Assembly: GCA_051362555.1 (NCBI GenBank)
Contig: CM120644.1
Location: forward strand, 7,014,954 to 7,078,953
DNA length: 64,000 nt
Reading direction: 5' to 3'
Origin: Lingula anatina
Lineage: Eukaryota > Animalia > Brachiopoda
This document shows, piece by piece, positions 14,883 through 29,172 of the stretch (position 1 is its first letter; every line of letters starts with the position of its first letter). A program made the position numbers and the translations under genes. The notes beneath the pieces were generated by a model. That model was not told where the DNA came from, did not search any database, and saw nothing but the letters and a program-made list of their open reading frames with translations.

Positions 14883-15588
14883 TGACGTGGATAAAAAAGG
14901 TCGGGGAGCTGTAAAGGACTCATCCCCAGGGAATTATGGATAATAATGACACAGGCCTTGCTCCGAAATCTCAGGATACACAGCACGACAGACCACAAAG
15001 AAGAAAGGGAAATAATGTGACGTGATATCAAAATGACTTGTGATTCTTCATAGGAGATAACTAAAGCATACATGTAGCTAAATAACATATTGTTCTTTTT
15101 TTTTTCTGAACACTAAAAAAAACATTCCATTTAACGTCGGTGTTTTTATATTCTTTGTTATTATTTTTCATCGCACATAATTTATACAATAAATGGTGTG
15201 AGATTAAAGATGACGACACATTAATTGTCCTATATGTTCATTACATAGAAGTTCATTGATTGATTTCGTTATCTCTGAAATAAATATTTATTTGTCTCTT
15301 TGGGGTTCTGTTAAATCTAAAGTCATTTGAAGATGAATATCAACAGATATATATATTTAGCATGTTTTCTGCTGTCATTTCCTGGATTATTGAAATTGTA
15401 ATTTCTGTGTGTGCAAAAATCTTTGATCACCTTGGTTACTTGCACTTTTATTTCGCATGTACAAATGTTCTATCACGACAGGAAACTGTTACGCGACTTT
15501 TGGGGCGACATTTTTATAATGCGCACTAGAGAAAGACACATGCTAAATAATTCCTAGGGTGTACACGTACCATAAATATGACCATGAG

Positions 15589-15878
15589 CACGGGCGGATT
15601 CAGGTTTATTTGAAGGGGGGGGGGGGGCAGAACGACAGGCCTCGGATGCGAAGCCGACCATCGCCCCCTTCGCGTGGGGTTCAGTCCTCGAACATTTTTT
15701 GATATTTTGGAGGCTAAACGGTGCCCTTTGGTACGGTTTATAGCTATGATACAATTAGTCAAAATTCTAATTTCAAGAGGGGAATATTGGTTTGATATAT
15801 TTTTCAGAAACCGAAGGCGGAGGAGGGGGAGGGGCAGGACCCCCCTGAACGCCCCCCCCTCCTCTAATTCCGTCACTG
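15589..15878. mobile_element. CAG...CTG-ended MITE with apparent 5-bp TSD
   Basis: CACGGGCGGATT...AATTCCGTCACTG; flanks ATGAG/ATTAG; internal block AACGGTGCCCTTTGGTACGGTTTA is shared with the 61156 copy. Confidence 0.65.
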
Positions 15879-16906
15879 ATTAGATGTACAATACTTTGCT
15901 GAAGCTTAGAGAATGATGCTCCATGCAATGAGTCATTCTATGGTCATTTATGTAAGCAATTAAATATTAGTTAATTTTTCATTGTTTCTGTTTATACGAT
16001 ATTGGAATATACTTTTTGCAATTAAAAAGGCACAAAACATTTCTTTCTGTATTATTCACTTAACTATGTACTGTTCCTACTAAACTTATCATTATTCATT
16101 ACTGGTATTTTCATTTATTCCGTTTTATTACATATTTTAATTTTTATTTTATTTTATTTAGGCCTATCCTTTATTCTTCCCTTTTTTGTCTACAAACATT
16201 CTGCAAAGTTTAAAAAATAGGCCACAAACCTCAAACGCAAAAAAAATAATGTTTTCTCTTCTCCCCTCTCCCCCCCCCCTCCCCCAGCAAACCCCTAAAT
16301 CTGCTGTTGAAAGGGCTATACATTTGTACATAGCGCCATCTTTCAGCAAGCGATGTATCGGAGGTATATAGACAGTCTCCTCTTGATAGTGCTGCCATCT
16401 GTTTCTGTAGCACAACGTGCAATGAAATGTTACGAAAACAAACTTTACCAGCAAGATGATTTAGCAAAAACATGCGCTGATAACAGATCGATATAGGAGA
16501 TCTTACACAAGGTGGTCAAAGGCGTTTCAAAGGGCTCTCAGTGTGAAGGTAAACTGTTTAAATGTAAAACATAACAGATTATATATAAATACTCGACTGC
16601 TATTTCTCCCGGCCGGCGTACTGCGCTCATTAATTATTTGACTTTGGGCACGTTTGTCTGTCACCTTGATCAACCATGCCACTGGATCTAGAAACCAGAA
16701 AAAAACCTTAATTCACCACACTAGATTTGTCCCCAAAGTGAATTAATAACTGTATTAAAATATATAATATTATAATATTATTAATATAAAATATATAATA
16801 TAAAATGAAATTGCATAGATTGATTGAACGTGGGATATTAATTTTTTTACTAATCCGATATAATTTTGATTAAACATATTTGTTACAGCAAATTTAGTTG
16901 GCTACA

Positions 16907-19900
16907 ATGGCGACCTTCTGTCCAGAAAACAGTAGCCTCTCCAACCCCTGGGTAGACCACGGACTTAACCACTGCTTTGTGGACACCGTCACATCATCAG
17001 TTCTTTTTGGAATTATTACACTTCTTGGAGGAGTGGAAGTGGTAGCCTATCACAAATATGGAGCTCTAGCTGACCAAAGTACTTTACCAAAGTCAAATCT
17101 ACATCGCTTGCAAGTATTTCTCAGTATTCTCATGGGGGCGATTAGTTTAGCCATGTTCACGCTCCATGCAACATATCTCGGTTCTAAGGTGGTTTATTTG
17201 TATATGGTGGTCAGTTTAGTATTTTGGACCTGGGCCTGGATATTCAGTTTGTATGTGCTCCATCTTGAAAGGACGAAGAAGTTGCCCACGGTTCCGACGC
17301 GTGGCCATGGACTTGTTTTGTTGATGTTCTGGTCCCTGGCGTTCATAAGTGAGAATCTTGCACTTGTATCATGGTGGAGTCCAAGATGGTGGTGGTATTT
17401 TGAAAAGTAAGTGGAAATATTGTTTTATTTTAATGATGTTTGAATAAAATGTTCCTAGGGGCTTACTGTATCTCAATTAGTGATTGAATTATTTATTCAC
17501 TTATTTTTTAATTTATATATTTTCCTTTCTATGAAGTTAAAATGAATGTGATTTTGCTGAAAGTAAATGATGAATGCATTTTTCTCTGGTACTTTGTAAA
17601 GTCACTCTTATTCATTGTGTTTAAAATTAATACGTCATATTAATCTACAGACATAAGTTATGTTAATCTACAGATACAAAAAAAATCTTTCAGCCAGGGC
17701 TTCGTTAATTGTAGCATATATTTTTTATATTTTTTAAATGATAAGGTGATAAGTTTAATGGAGAGGAGTAAAGTGCATAAATTTTAATGAAATTCATGTC
17801 ATGTACTAGGCATATGATCCCATTTTGTAAGTAAGACTTTAGAGTCCTGACACTCAATGTACAGTTCCATTGAGCAAATATGACCGCAGGTTTCTAGGCC
17901 ACTATATCATGTTTTTATCAGCAACTTAAATATGTGATATCAGATAGAAAGTAAATGAAGCTATTTATAAATAAATTTGATGTAATATTTGTCTTTCATA
18001 TGTATTTGAGCAGATATGATAAAGATGTAATGATGATAACTTTTTGATTTCCCAAATCAAAGACTGAATCATTGAAGACAAAGTTTTTTTTTTCTACAAG
18101 TAAAGTGTATGTGAACATTGTTTTCAGGAAACATCTGGCAGCATAAAATTATGTACAATTAAACAAGCAGGTTTATTGAATGTATAGCTTGTCTAACATA
18201 TGTTAAACTAAAACAGATTTACTTGCATAGTAAAAACATTTACATGCAATAAACATATAGGAGTTTATGAGGAAACAAGGTGTCTGTGCTACATGAAGGT
18301 TAACCGTTTCTGCACCAGTGAACTCAAGTATCTTAGGTCTTAGTCTTTCACCTGCAGTCATGCTAGAAATAACCAAGACTCTTACTAGACTAAAAATTAT
18401 CCCTGGCCAGTTAACAGATACAAGACAGAAACCACAAAGGGGTCATCCGCGTGGAGAATGACCCTTTGACAGTAACTATATGTGTCCCTTATCCAGTTAC
18501 TAGTATAATACCAGTAGTACATTACCATGGAAACAAAGTGTATAAAACTTATGTAATATAAGACTGCTTTCCCACAGATTTAGATCGATCCATCTGGATC
18601 AACCTAACTCCCTAGGTGTTCACGCTAAATTACTGTCAGCCCAAGAGGCTTAAATGTCTGTCACGCCTACCGAATCAGCTAAGGTATTAGTAAAGATAGT
18701 TACCCCCTAACAGCTTTACTAGAGGTGACAGACATTTAAGCCGGCCAAGTTGAAAGCAATTTAGTGAGACTCCCCAGGGGGATAGATCGATCTTAATATC
18801 TGTGGGAATTTTCTCTAAGTGTGTAATGGTGCATATAAGTGGAGTGAGGGGGGGGGGGGATTAGGCACATGGGCACGTAGACCTCTAACTTTGTAGCTTA
18901 TATAGTAGGTCCCCTCCCTCCCTCACCCCCAAAACTAATATTAAAGTATATAATAAGTAAATGAATAAAAATACAAGAATGTATTTGTGACTTGCAAAGA
19001 GGAAAAAATGCCCAACTGCATCCTACATGACAAGTTACTTTTAAATGCAGTATTACTTGTATTATTATAACTAGAAAAAAGAAAAATTCTCAACCTGCAC
19101 GTTTACTAGTACATAATACATTTTCAGTACATCAGACAAGGTGGAATTTGGTCTGTGGGTTTGCCGTTACATTTCCACTGGACTGTTGTTCTTCATTGGT
19201 CTATGTGCTCCTGGACTGCCCAGTCCTTTCTTCAGTCTGCTTGTTAACGAGGATGGAACGACAGATGTGGAGAGTGGGCAGGTAAGTAAAATACCAGGAC
19301 TCAGTCCTTATGTACAGACACATCAGTTACAGTAATTGCTCTGTCTTTTCAAAGGGAGGATATTGTGAATTTTACAGATACAATATTTTTATTACATCAT
19401 AATTTCTTGAAATTAGAACTTCCACTTCTGTTGAGTGGTAGTAACAAAATTAAATAGATGGCTACTATACTATACTGTGCAGTTGTATTCTATGCAGTAT
19501 AAGTGCCACATATACTATATGGAAATATCATTTTTGTGCTTATAAAATTTTGCACCTGAAAGTTTGATAACTTTTGCCCATTGAAAAGGTCAAGTATATT
19601 TTACTGTAGTTGTTGTCTGTACATATTAATTTATTGCAATTACTGTAGTTTCAGTGTCTGTACACATTGCTTTTATCTGTATTTTTTTATAGATGTATTA
19701 ATTAGCTGAGTCAGGCCAGAGATCTGATTATTTCTGTTTCATGTATCATACAGCACACATCCCAATTCCCTACTTTACATGTACACACACTGGACAATAG
19801 AAGTGTCATCCCTACTGAACCAATACTTTTGGGGAGATAAATGACTGTGGAATGATATGCTCCTGGGATCATTTTATTAACATCAAATTTCACAAAAGAA

Positions 19901-21561
19901 ACAGTTCTGACTGAACAATTCAACTGTATCGGTATTCTGACATTGCTTATATTCCGCCTCTTCAGGTTAATAACTTTGATTATTCTGATTCAGGGGTGAC
20001 ACTTCTATTGTCCAGTGTGTGTAGTTTTACACATGTAATATTAGAATTAGGATAAGTACATGTAGCATCTTTGCTATTTATTTATTTATTTTTTTAACAT
20101 TTGTGGCTGATTTATCCACATTTTTGGTTTGAATGTCTGAAAATCTTGACCCAACAACATGATTCTGGCTCTAGTGCTTAACTTATGTTTGTTGGGATAA
20201 TTGTGCATTAAAACAATTTTTTAAACATTGAAGGGCACATTACTTTGTTTGATTTTAGGTGAAATCATGATCCTTTCCTCCCCATTTTCATTTTCACAGA
20301 GTGTGACAGCTCTGAAGTGCACCATCTCTCCAACCACAGTAGTATTTAGAATTAACACAGCACTGTCATATTTAATAGAATAAATACATAATATCTGCAT
20401 TGAGCTTAACCTAAAATACTGAAAAAAAAAGAAAGATATGGGTACAATAATGTAGAACCCAGTTGTTGCTGTCTGTGTTGATTACCATTATCCATTAGTT
20501 GTCAGTGCTAGAGGTTGTCAGTTACCAGAGGGTGTACTGGTGTTGTTGCAAGGAAAAGATTCAAAAAAGATTCAGATACAGAATGAAATTTTACAAGAAT
20601 TCCTAGAAACTATCATGTAAATTGGAAGAATATCAAAGGAAAAGCAACCGGTTTACAGTTAAACTACCTGTTTATACAGGAAATGAACATGCTGGAAAGT
20701 CGCATTTTTGAAAATAATTTTTTTTATATACTAGGCTGTAGTTTGTGAGACCAACTGGGATATTTTGAATAAGTTTAGGTTTCAGATGTTGGTCAAAAAT
20801 GCTTACCAGAATATTCAGGCTCATATGTGTGGAAATAGTGGTGAAGACCATACAGAGAGTCGTGTGTTGTCTGGTTAAACCCTTCTGTTCTACATTAGCT
20901 GCGGTGACGTATGACGTAGAAAAGGTAAACCAAGAGAGAGCAGTATGTTGTAGGCCAAGGATGCCCTTGGTTTGGCTTAGAAAAATTTGCATCATGATCA
21001 AATCATCAGCTGTGGGGTCAATTAAGGTCTTTTCTTATTTAACCAAATACTATTTTTCACCCAAATCTTAGATAAGGTAGAAAATGTTACTGAATATTTC
21101 TAAAATATTTTCAAGTTTTTGAAAGCAAATGTCATTTACCTGTGCTACATGTTGTACTGATATGAGCAGCTGTCTGCAATAGTCACTCATTTAATTTTGT
21201 ATAAATTTATTCTTTATCTTATCCCTTCCCTCACCCACACATTCAGCTGGGAATCTGTTTATTCGTTTAATTAATTTATTATTAGTTTGTTTATTCATTG
21301 TTTGCCCACGCTACTTAATAAATTACTGCAATTTTCTTTTTCAGCAGTCCTCCACGTCTCAGAGACAGAAGTCAACATGGCGGGGTATGCTGTGGAAGCT
21401 GCGCAAACTGTGGCCCTTCATTTGGCCCAAGAAGAACCCCTTGTTACAGCTGTTTGTCCTCCTGTGTGCCTTGCTGCTGGTGGCAGGGAGAGTGGTCAAC
21501 CTGTATGTGCCAATTTACAGCAAAGATATTGGTTAGTGGCTCAGCTGTTCTTTTATTTAAA

Positions 21562-21634
<73 letters not shown>

Positions 21635-24600
21635 GCTGGCAAGTGCAGAGATAAGATGATACAAGTGTTACTGTTTGTACAGTCAAGTATAATTCATTTA
21701 CATACATAACTCATATTGTATATAAAACTGGTATGTGTCAGAAATGAAACAAGGAGAGGTGCTTAACTATATGAAGCTGAAATCTTGGTTAATGATGGTG
21801 AATATGATTCAGTTTATTTTTGTGTTTTAATCTTTAAAGATGCACAATAGTCACTTGGTAACAACAATTGTGACAGAAAGTACCCTTAAATTTAATTCAC
21901 ATAAATATATTGTTCTTTCCCCTTCTCTAGTTGATGCTCTGACCAACCACCAGTTTTGCTGGCAGTTTATCTTGATATATGTTGGACTGAGGTTTTTACA
22001 AGGGGGAGGAACAGGCAAGTTATTTGCAGTATTTTGATTATTATTATTGATTGATATTCAGTGTTCAGTATGGAAAAGTGCTGTAATTTTTTTTTTTTAA
22101 TTTGAGAATAGTATATATTTGCATATTTCGTAGCCATTGTTTATTTTTTGAGGGGGGGTGTTGTTTACTAGTAATTAGCCTCTGCTCCAGTTTAACTACA
22201 GGTTACTGGATGTTTATTCATGCAGTCATTTATAAGTTTTTTTATGATTGTTTTTTCAGCTTACAGTAATGAAAAGTATTGTAACGATTTAATTTATTAG
22301 AGTACCTGATGATGATTGTATTGGTCTGTAATTTTTTTTTTTGTTAGTTTTGAGGGGGGGGGGGGAGGGTTAGTTTTCTGCCTACATTAAAAAAATTATT
22401 TAATTCTTGAATATTTTTTTCATGATCCCTGATCACCTTTGATAATATATCATCTTAACACCTGTTATTATCGCCTCACAACTCCAGGGTCAATAGGTGT
22501 CATCAACAACCTGCGGACATTCATGTGGATAGGCGTCCAGCAGTATACCACCAGAGAGATGGCAGTCAAGCTGTTTGGTCATCTTCATGGGTGAGTTCCC
22601 GTAGGTCCATCTGTCTGAGTTTTGAGACAGTGACAATTTATATATGTGTCTGAGAGTCGCTCTTATTAATGTCTGCTTATAATTTGTTGGATTATAGAAT
22701 GCAGGCACTTTTACATGTAAAAGGATATTGTCAGTTTGTTTTAGCTTAATTTTTTAAAGATGAAACCTACTGGTACCAGGAAAAATTATGTTTTTTACAG
22801 CCATGACATAGCTAGTCTAACCTGTAACATTACATAATACATGTACAATCCAAATACAACTGTAGCCCACATATTAACTGTGAAAACTGATGAATATGCA
22901 TCCTCATTAAGGGCACTGTGCTATATGATCCTGTGTATATCATATCATTTCAGGCTGTCCCTGCGATGGCATTTAAACAGGAAAACAGGAGAGGTCCTGC
23001 GTATTATGGACAGAGGAACTACTAGTGTTAATAGTATTCTAAAGTGAGTACTTAAATTGTTTTTAATTTTAAATGAATATTGCGCATAATTGAGGTTAAG
23101 GATTTTTCTCCTCTTCAGGTATTTAAAAATGTAATCATACATGTACTAAATTTAAAAAGCCATCTTGTCCTTTTTTTTTTCATTTGAAGAATATCTTAAA
23201 AGATGTCAATTTTATATCTTCAACAATTTTAGAATTCTACATTTCTGAATAACACTTGCTTCAGCTTTTAAGTTATGTTGGCGTGGAATTTTGATTATTT
23301 CAGCTATGTGTTATTCAACATCTTGCCCACCATTGCTGATATTATAATTGCCGTGGTGTACTTTTTATCTGCATTTAACTGGTGGTTTGGGCTCATAGTT
23401 CTCTTCACCATGGTTCTATATCTGGGTGAGTAACCCTTCTGCTGTGTTTCTTTATTTTTATTATAATGAATTATATTTTTGTTTTTTATTATAATTTTGG
23501 AGGGCACAGCTTTCATTTTTGCAATTACAATTATGGTACAGTTAAATCAGAAAAGTTGTTCTTAGATTTAGAATTGTTATTAGAGGTGTTTTGTTATGAT
23601 TTACAGGTATAAAATAATATTTTTGTACTTATCACATCACTTATACAACTTACCCAAAGTCAAGAAATCACCATTTTTTAGACCAGGTCAAACAATTCAA
23701 AATGACTTTTTGGCATTACATTGCTAAGTGGTTGGTAAGGGGGGGTCTAGGGGAGACTCTGTGCCTGTTCTCAGTATAATACAACATCTACTAATAAACA
23801 ATTCTTTTGACTTGCAACATATTGTACATGTAAAACGTAATAAGGATGGATAACTTCCTGAAACATTTTATCAATTACCTGAGGCCATTCTCATTCTAGT
23901 TATGACTATAGTAGTGACAGAGTGGAGGACAAAATACAGAAGGCAGATGAATATTTTAGACAACCAGCGAAATGCTCGGGGAGTTGATTCACTGCTCAAT
24001 TTTGAAACTGTGAGTTTGTTGTAAAATAGAATTTTCAATAAGCAATAAGCAATTTTAGGATGTCCTGCCAAAACTGTGTCAAGAATATTACTTTTGCTGA
24101 CTTGCAGTACATTTAGGATCATTAATTGCTCAATTAAAAAACAATGAGCTCACAGTTACAATGGAAGTGTGAAAAAGGCTATCTAATTACATTTATTTGA
24201 TTTTTTTTTTTTTGACAATATTTGTGTAAATTTGTTTTCTTTAGATATTACCTAGTATAATATTTGATTGTCCAGACATAGAAATTTCTACAGACCAGGT
24301 TTGTGGTTATTGTAAAAGATGTAAGTTATTATTATTATTATTTTATTATTATTATTCAGGTGAAATATTATGGTGCTGCAGATTTTGAAGTAGAGAGATA
24401 CAATGAAGCTTTTGTGGACTATCAGGTAATTGCATACTTACCAGTATAACGGTGCAGTGTAATTGAATTAAATATAATTGCTATCGCTCAAGTATTAAGC
24501 CACAATTTCATGGCAGATACATTAAAGATGCATACAAAGTCAATTTTTTGTCACAAAAACCAACCAAATGCCAGCATATGGTTTCAAGTAGTATAACTAA

Positions 24601-27600
24601 GAGAATTACCAAAAGGCATTGTTTAATTTTACCCGAAAATGATGTTTGAACAGATTTTGCTGCTGGCATTCTAACACTAGTGGGCTAGATTTGGTCTTAA
24701 AGTGCAATTTAAGTTCACAAGTGATCTTACACGATCTTAATCATTACAGCAGTAGTCTTAAAATGAACTGAATCTGCTTTTAAGATCAAAAATGATCTAA
24801 CATCTACTTAAGTGGTCAAGTAGTTTCCTCCCTTCACAATGGGGGATACCTCCCCTCACAATAGAGGACACCTCTGATCACAATAGGAGAATGTGTAAGA
24901 GGAGACAACTTAATTGGCTGTTAGACCAGAAATGGTCTTACTCTTGTTTTAAGATCGTGTAAGACTATTTGTGTACTTAAATTGCACTTTAAGACCAAAT
25001 CAAGCCCACTAGTGTAAGCTGTATGTCAATGGGGTAGGAAAGTAGGTCACGGAAGTAGGTTAAATTTACAACCATAAATTTAGAGAAAGGAGCAGTCTAA
25101 AGGTCTTTTGTGGCTGATCGAGTGATCTATTCAGTTTATTCCTTGGCATGTCAAATTTATTTGAGCCATATAAGAATCTAGTAGAAGTGGTTTACATGTG
25201 TTACTGGGAATCCACACTCCACTGATGCTCGGTTCGTATGTACCTTTAATATAAAAATTATACATGTTGCAAGCATCATTTATAAGGCCAGTGTTATCTC
25301 TCTCTTATTTCACTCTTCCAGAAAGCAGAGTGGATATCTACGGCTTCTCTGAACCTACTGAACACCGTCCAGAACCTGGTGATTCACATTGGTCTCCTGG
25401 CAGGCTCCATGTTGTGTGCCTGGCTGGTGGCTGAGAACTTTAACATAGGAAACAGGGTGCTCACTGTGGGGGACTACGTGCTGTTTGCTACCTACATCAT
25501 ACAGCTTTATATGCCCCTTAACTGGTTTGGGACATATTATAGGTAATGGGATTATGGTGAATGAAAAAATTGAAAAAAGTTATCCCAGTAATTTTTGTAT
25601 GGGTTGGGGTGGATCTTATCATGGGATTGCATCGTTTTTTTTGTTTTTTTTTGTTTTTTTTTCCTATGGTTTTCTATGGGAGGATGAGGGGGGGATATCC
25701 TTTCATTATACCTTTACATTTAAAGGAGAATAGACTCATAAAAATCTATTTCTCGAATTCTGAAGATTCAGCACTCAATCTATACACTAGAGGTATGTTT
25801 TAATCGATCCCCGCCATTTAAAAATTATAAAAAACAATTAATTAGTAGAAAAAAGCGTTTTAGTAAACCTCACCTCAATATGCATAAATGAAGCAACATA
25901 TCTGGGTCACGTGGTACTGTGACGACAATCACGATAAAGGTCTATGAGACTCAACTGAGCTGCATGGTGCATACAGACGGAGAAGTTAAGGAAAGTTGTG
26001 TTGAACGGAGTTGAGGAATTTTCATTATGCCTTGGTGTGTTGCCGTGGGATTCACCAAAATTGCAGCTCTCGTTGACAATCTTTCTTTGTCTGTGACGGT
26101 CTTCCGTGACTTACTTACTAACTTCGGTGACAATAGTTGCGATGCTCTAGATCATGGTCACCTCAGGTGGTTTAGATCATATCAAGAGCTGGTAGTCTTT
26201 CAGATTAACTGTCATCAGTTGGCAAACATACTGATTGCTGATGCATTTTAAATGCATTGTAGCTGACCAAAAGCTCATTTACAACAAACCTGTTAATTAT
26301 GCACCGCTGCACTTCCCAACCCAGGTAATAACAGGTATCAAAATCGTCTTGGTGGGCTTTCATATTTTTCAAAATATCTCATTTATTTCATGGGGTGATT
26401 TTATTGGTATTTGTAAATGACGTTTAATATCAATATTTAAACAATTGAGTTCAAACACCATCGCGAACATTAATAAAAGTAATTGCTCTCAGGGTAACTT
26501 GAAGCATGCGTATGCCCAGGCATTACTTCGTGTTGAAGAAAACGTGTTGAAGAACAAACAGAAAAAAAGAGCGGTATATTAAAGAAAAAAATAGGAACTT
26601 ATGTACTAAAATGGTTCGTAATCCTAATTCGTTTATGCTTTGAGGATTTGTTTCTGAAGGTTATTTCATCTGAAGTATAAAATAATTTAAAAGATTTATC
26701 ATTTTATACCTTGAAATACAAGTTCTGCATCTGTACACAAAACTTTTTGCAAATTTGTATGCTTTGTCAAACCCAAAAACATGTAGCAGATCAAGGTAAA
26801 AGAGCATTGTTTGCTATAAGTAGCATGGGAAAAATCATTACTTGAATGTTTACTAAATGTGCAGTTTTACATACGTGAGTATAAAAAATTAAAAAATTCC
26901 AAGCACGCACAGCAAAATGTAGACTAACGCAAAACATCAAGAACAGCGTAATCTCAGCAAATGTGCCCCATATAGTAGCTTAATTTCCATTAATAATAAA
27001 ATCATCATTTAAGTCAAAAATTTTCTGTCGATTTAATAAATGTTCTAATTTATCCAGACCGGTATATTTATTTAAGAGGAGGCTAACTGAAATATAGTTT
27101 TATTATTTGTTTATTTTGTATTTGAAAATTGCCCATGTCACCCTGTTATTTAGAAGGTCTAAGCTGGATCAAGTTCGTGCTAAAATTCCTATGAAGCTGT
27201 GCAGGAAAAATTCTTCCTTTGTTTCTCTAGCTCCTCAATAAACCCGGTGTTCAGATTTTATCTAGTACCCCCAGGTCTGCGGGAGCTGCTCTTTGAAACT
27301 AAAGCACAGGTAGATTTTTACCTGAGATAAATATCGCCAGCCATTTAACCCTCTTATTAAGAGGTAAAGGAAGTTCCAGTTAGATGGATGATTAAGATTG
27401 GACTTGTAAAGATAACGGGCATTGTTTACCTCGGTTTAAGAAAAGTTGGCAAGACGGAGTATCAGCGGTTTAATAAAATTAATTGAATTTCACAAATAAC
27501 ATGGCCCTCATATGCAATAATCCACAGTACCCTTTACTCATTCAAATGCAGTGTTTTATACAACTTGGGATAACCATAATTAAATGCTCGTTAAAGAATT

Positions 27601-28313
27601 GACTAGACGGGAATGGTTTTACACAGCTTCATGAGGATTTAGATCCCTCGGGTAAGAGATTTGAATGAGTATTAATTTTTATCAGAAGCCAGAGAAGTCA
27701 TCTTACAGGTAGACAATGCAGCTCAGTTTGACAGCTAAGCACGCTCTGTTCTCCAGTGGCTCGATTGTCGTCATCGGACCACGTGACCACGTAGCTCATT
27801 AACTCCCAGGCCGAGCAAATAGGACGTTTTTTAAAGACAAAAATTTACAAAATGAGCTTTTAATTTGTGTATTTGGATAAAGATATTGTTAGTTGGGCAT
27901 GTTTTCTGAAGAATATGTTCCGTTCAGGCCATTCTGACGGCAAGACGCAAATCCTTTAAATAAACAGTTGGTACAGAGTGAATTCTGAATGTTCCAGCAC
28001 AGCTGAGGAAGAGGTACTTGTAGCAAATCACTCACTCAAACAAGACAACTTTTTAAAAAACTTTACATTTTAATATTTAAATTGAAAACAGTATTTATTT
28101 ATACAGATGTTCTAATATTGTTTCCCATTTAACTATCTTGTAATTATCATTTTTATTTATAAACTAGGATGATCCAACAGTCTTTTATTGATATGGAAAA
28201 TATGTTTGATCTTCTACAAGAGAAGCAAGAGGTGAGCAGTTATTTAATCAGTTGAAGGAGGGTGTTAGTTGTTTTACTTGAAACTGGTTCAGAATAACAT
28301 GTAAATGAGAACG

Positions 28314-28368
<55 letters not shown>

Positions 28369-29141
28369 GGTCCTTATGTTTAAGTCTCTTAAGGCAGTTA
28401 TCTAATTTAGAGAAAAAATAGACCTTTCACTACACAAATGAAAAAAAAGCCATTATATGATCTTGATAAATCTTCTGCATATATAAGTAAGGAGTTGGAT
28501 CACACGCATTTAAATTACTACTTTGATAGTAATTTGATAGTTATTCATGTGTGTTATTTACTTGTTTGTTTTAAATAACTTCAAATAATGTTGTTATACA
28601 AACATACAGTCACTGTACAGTGTAGTATTCAAAGCTGCATATACAGTCAATACGGTTTACATATACCGGTAAATTGGTAATCATTGTTAGATGTAGAATT
28701 GAGCTGATGAACATTATACTGATTTGATTTCTAATAGGTGAAGGATGTCCCAGGTGCCTCAGAGTTGGTGGTCACTAAAGGGATGATAGAGTTCAGCCAT
28801 GTTGGATTTCACTATGAGCCAAGGTACATGTACTGTCTTGTTATTTTAAGTCTGTAATTGTTTTCAGTTTTTTTTATGATGAGTTGAAGTTTAATTGTAT
28901 ACCAGTAGAAAAATTGGCTTGATTCAGAATGGGCAATAAGTGGAAGTTTACTTTTCTTAAGAGATCTTCAAGATATTTTCATACTGTATGTACCCTATTA
29001 GTACATGTATCCATTTTCATGGGGCATGAATCAGGGACAGCAAGGTCACTTTGTTCCAGTCAAGAAAAATTGTAAAATTGCAAGAGGAAAGTATATACCG
29101 GTAAATTAGGCACTATAGAATCACAAAAAATCTATTCCAAG

Positions 29142-29172
<31 letters not shown>

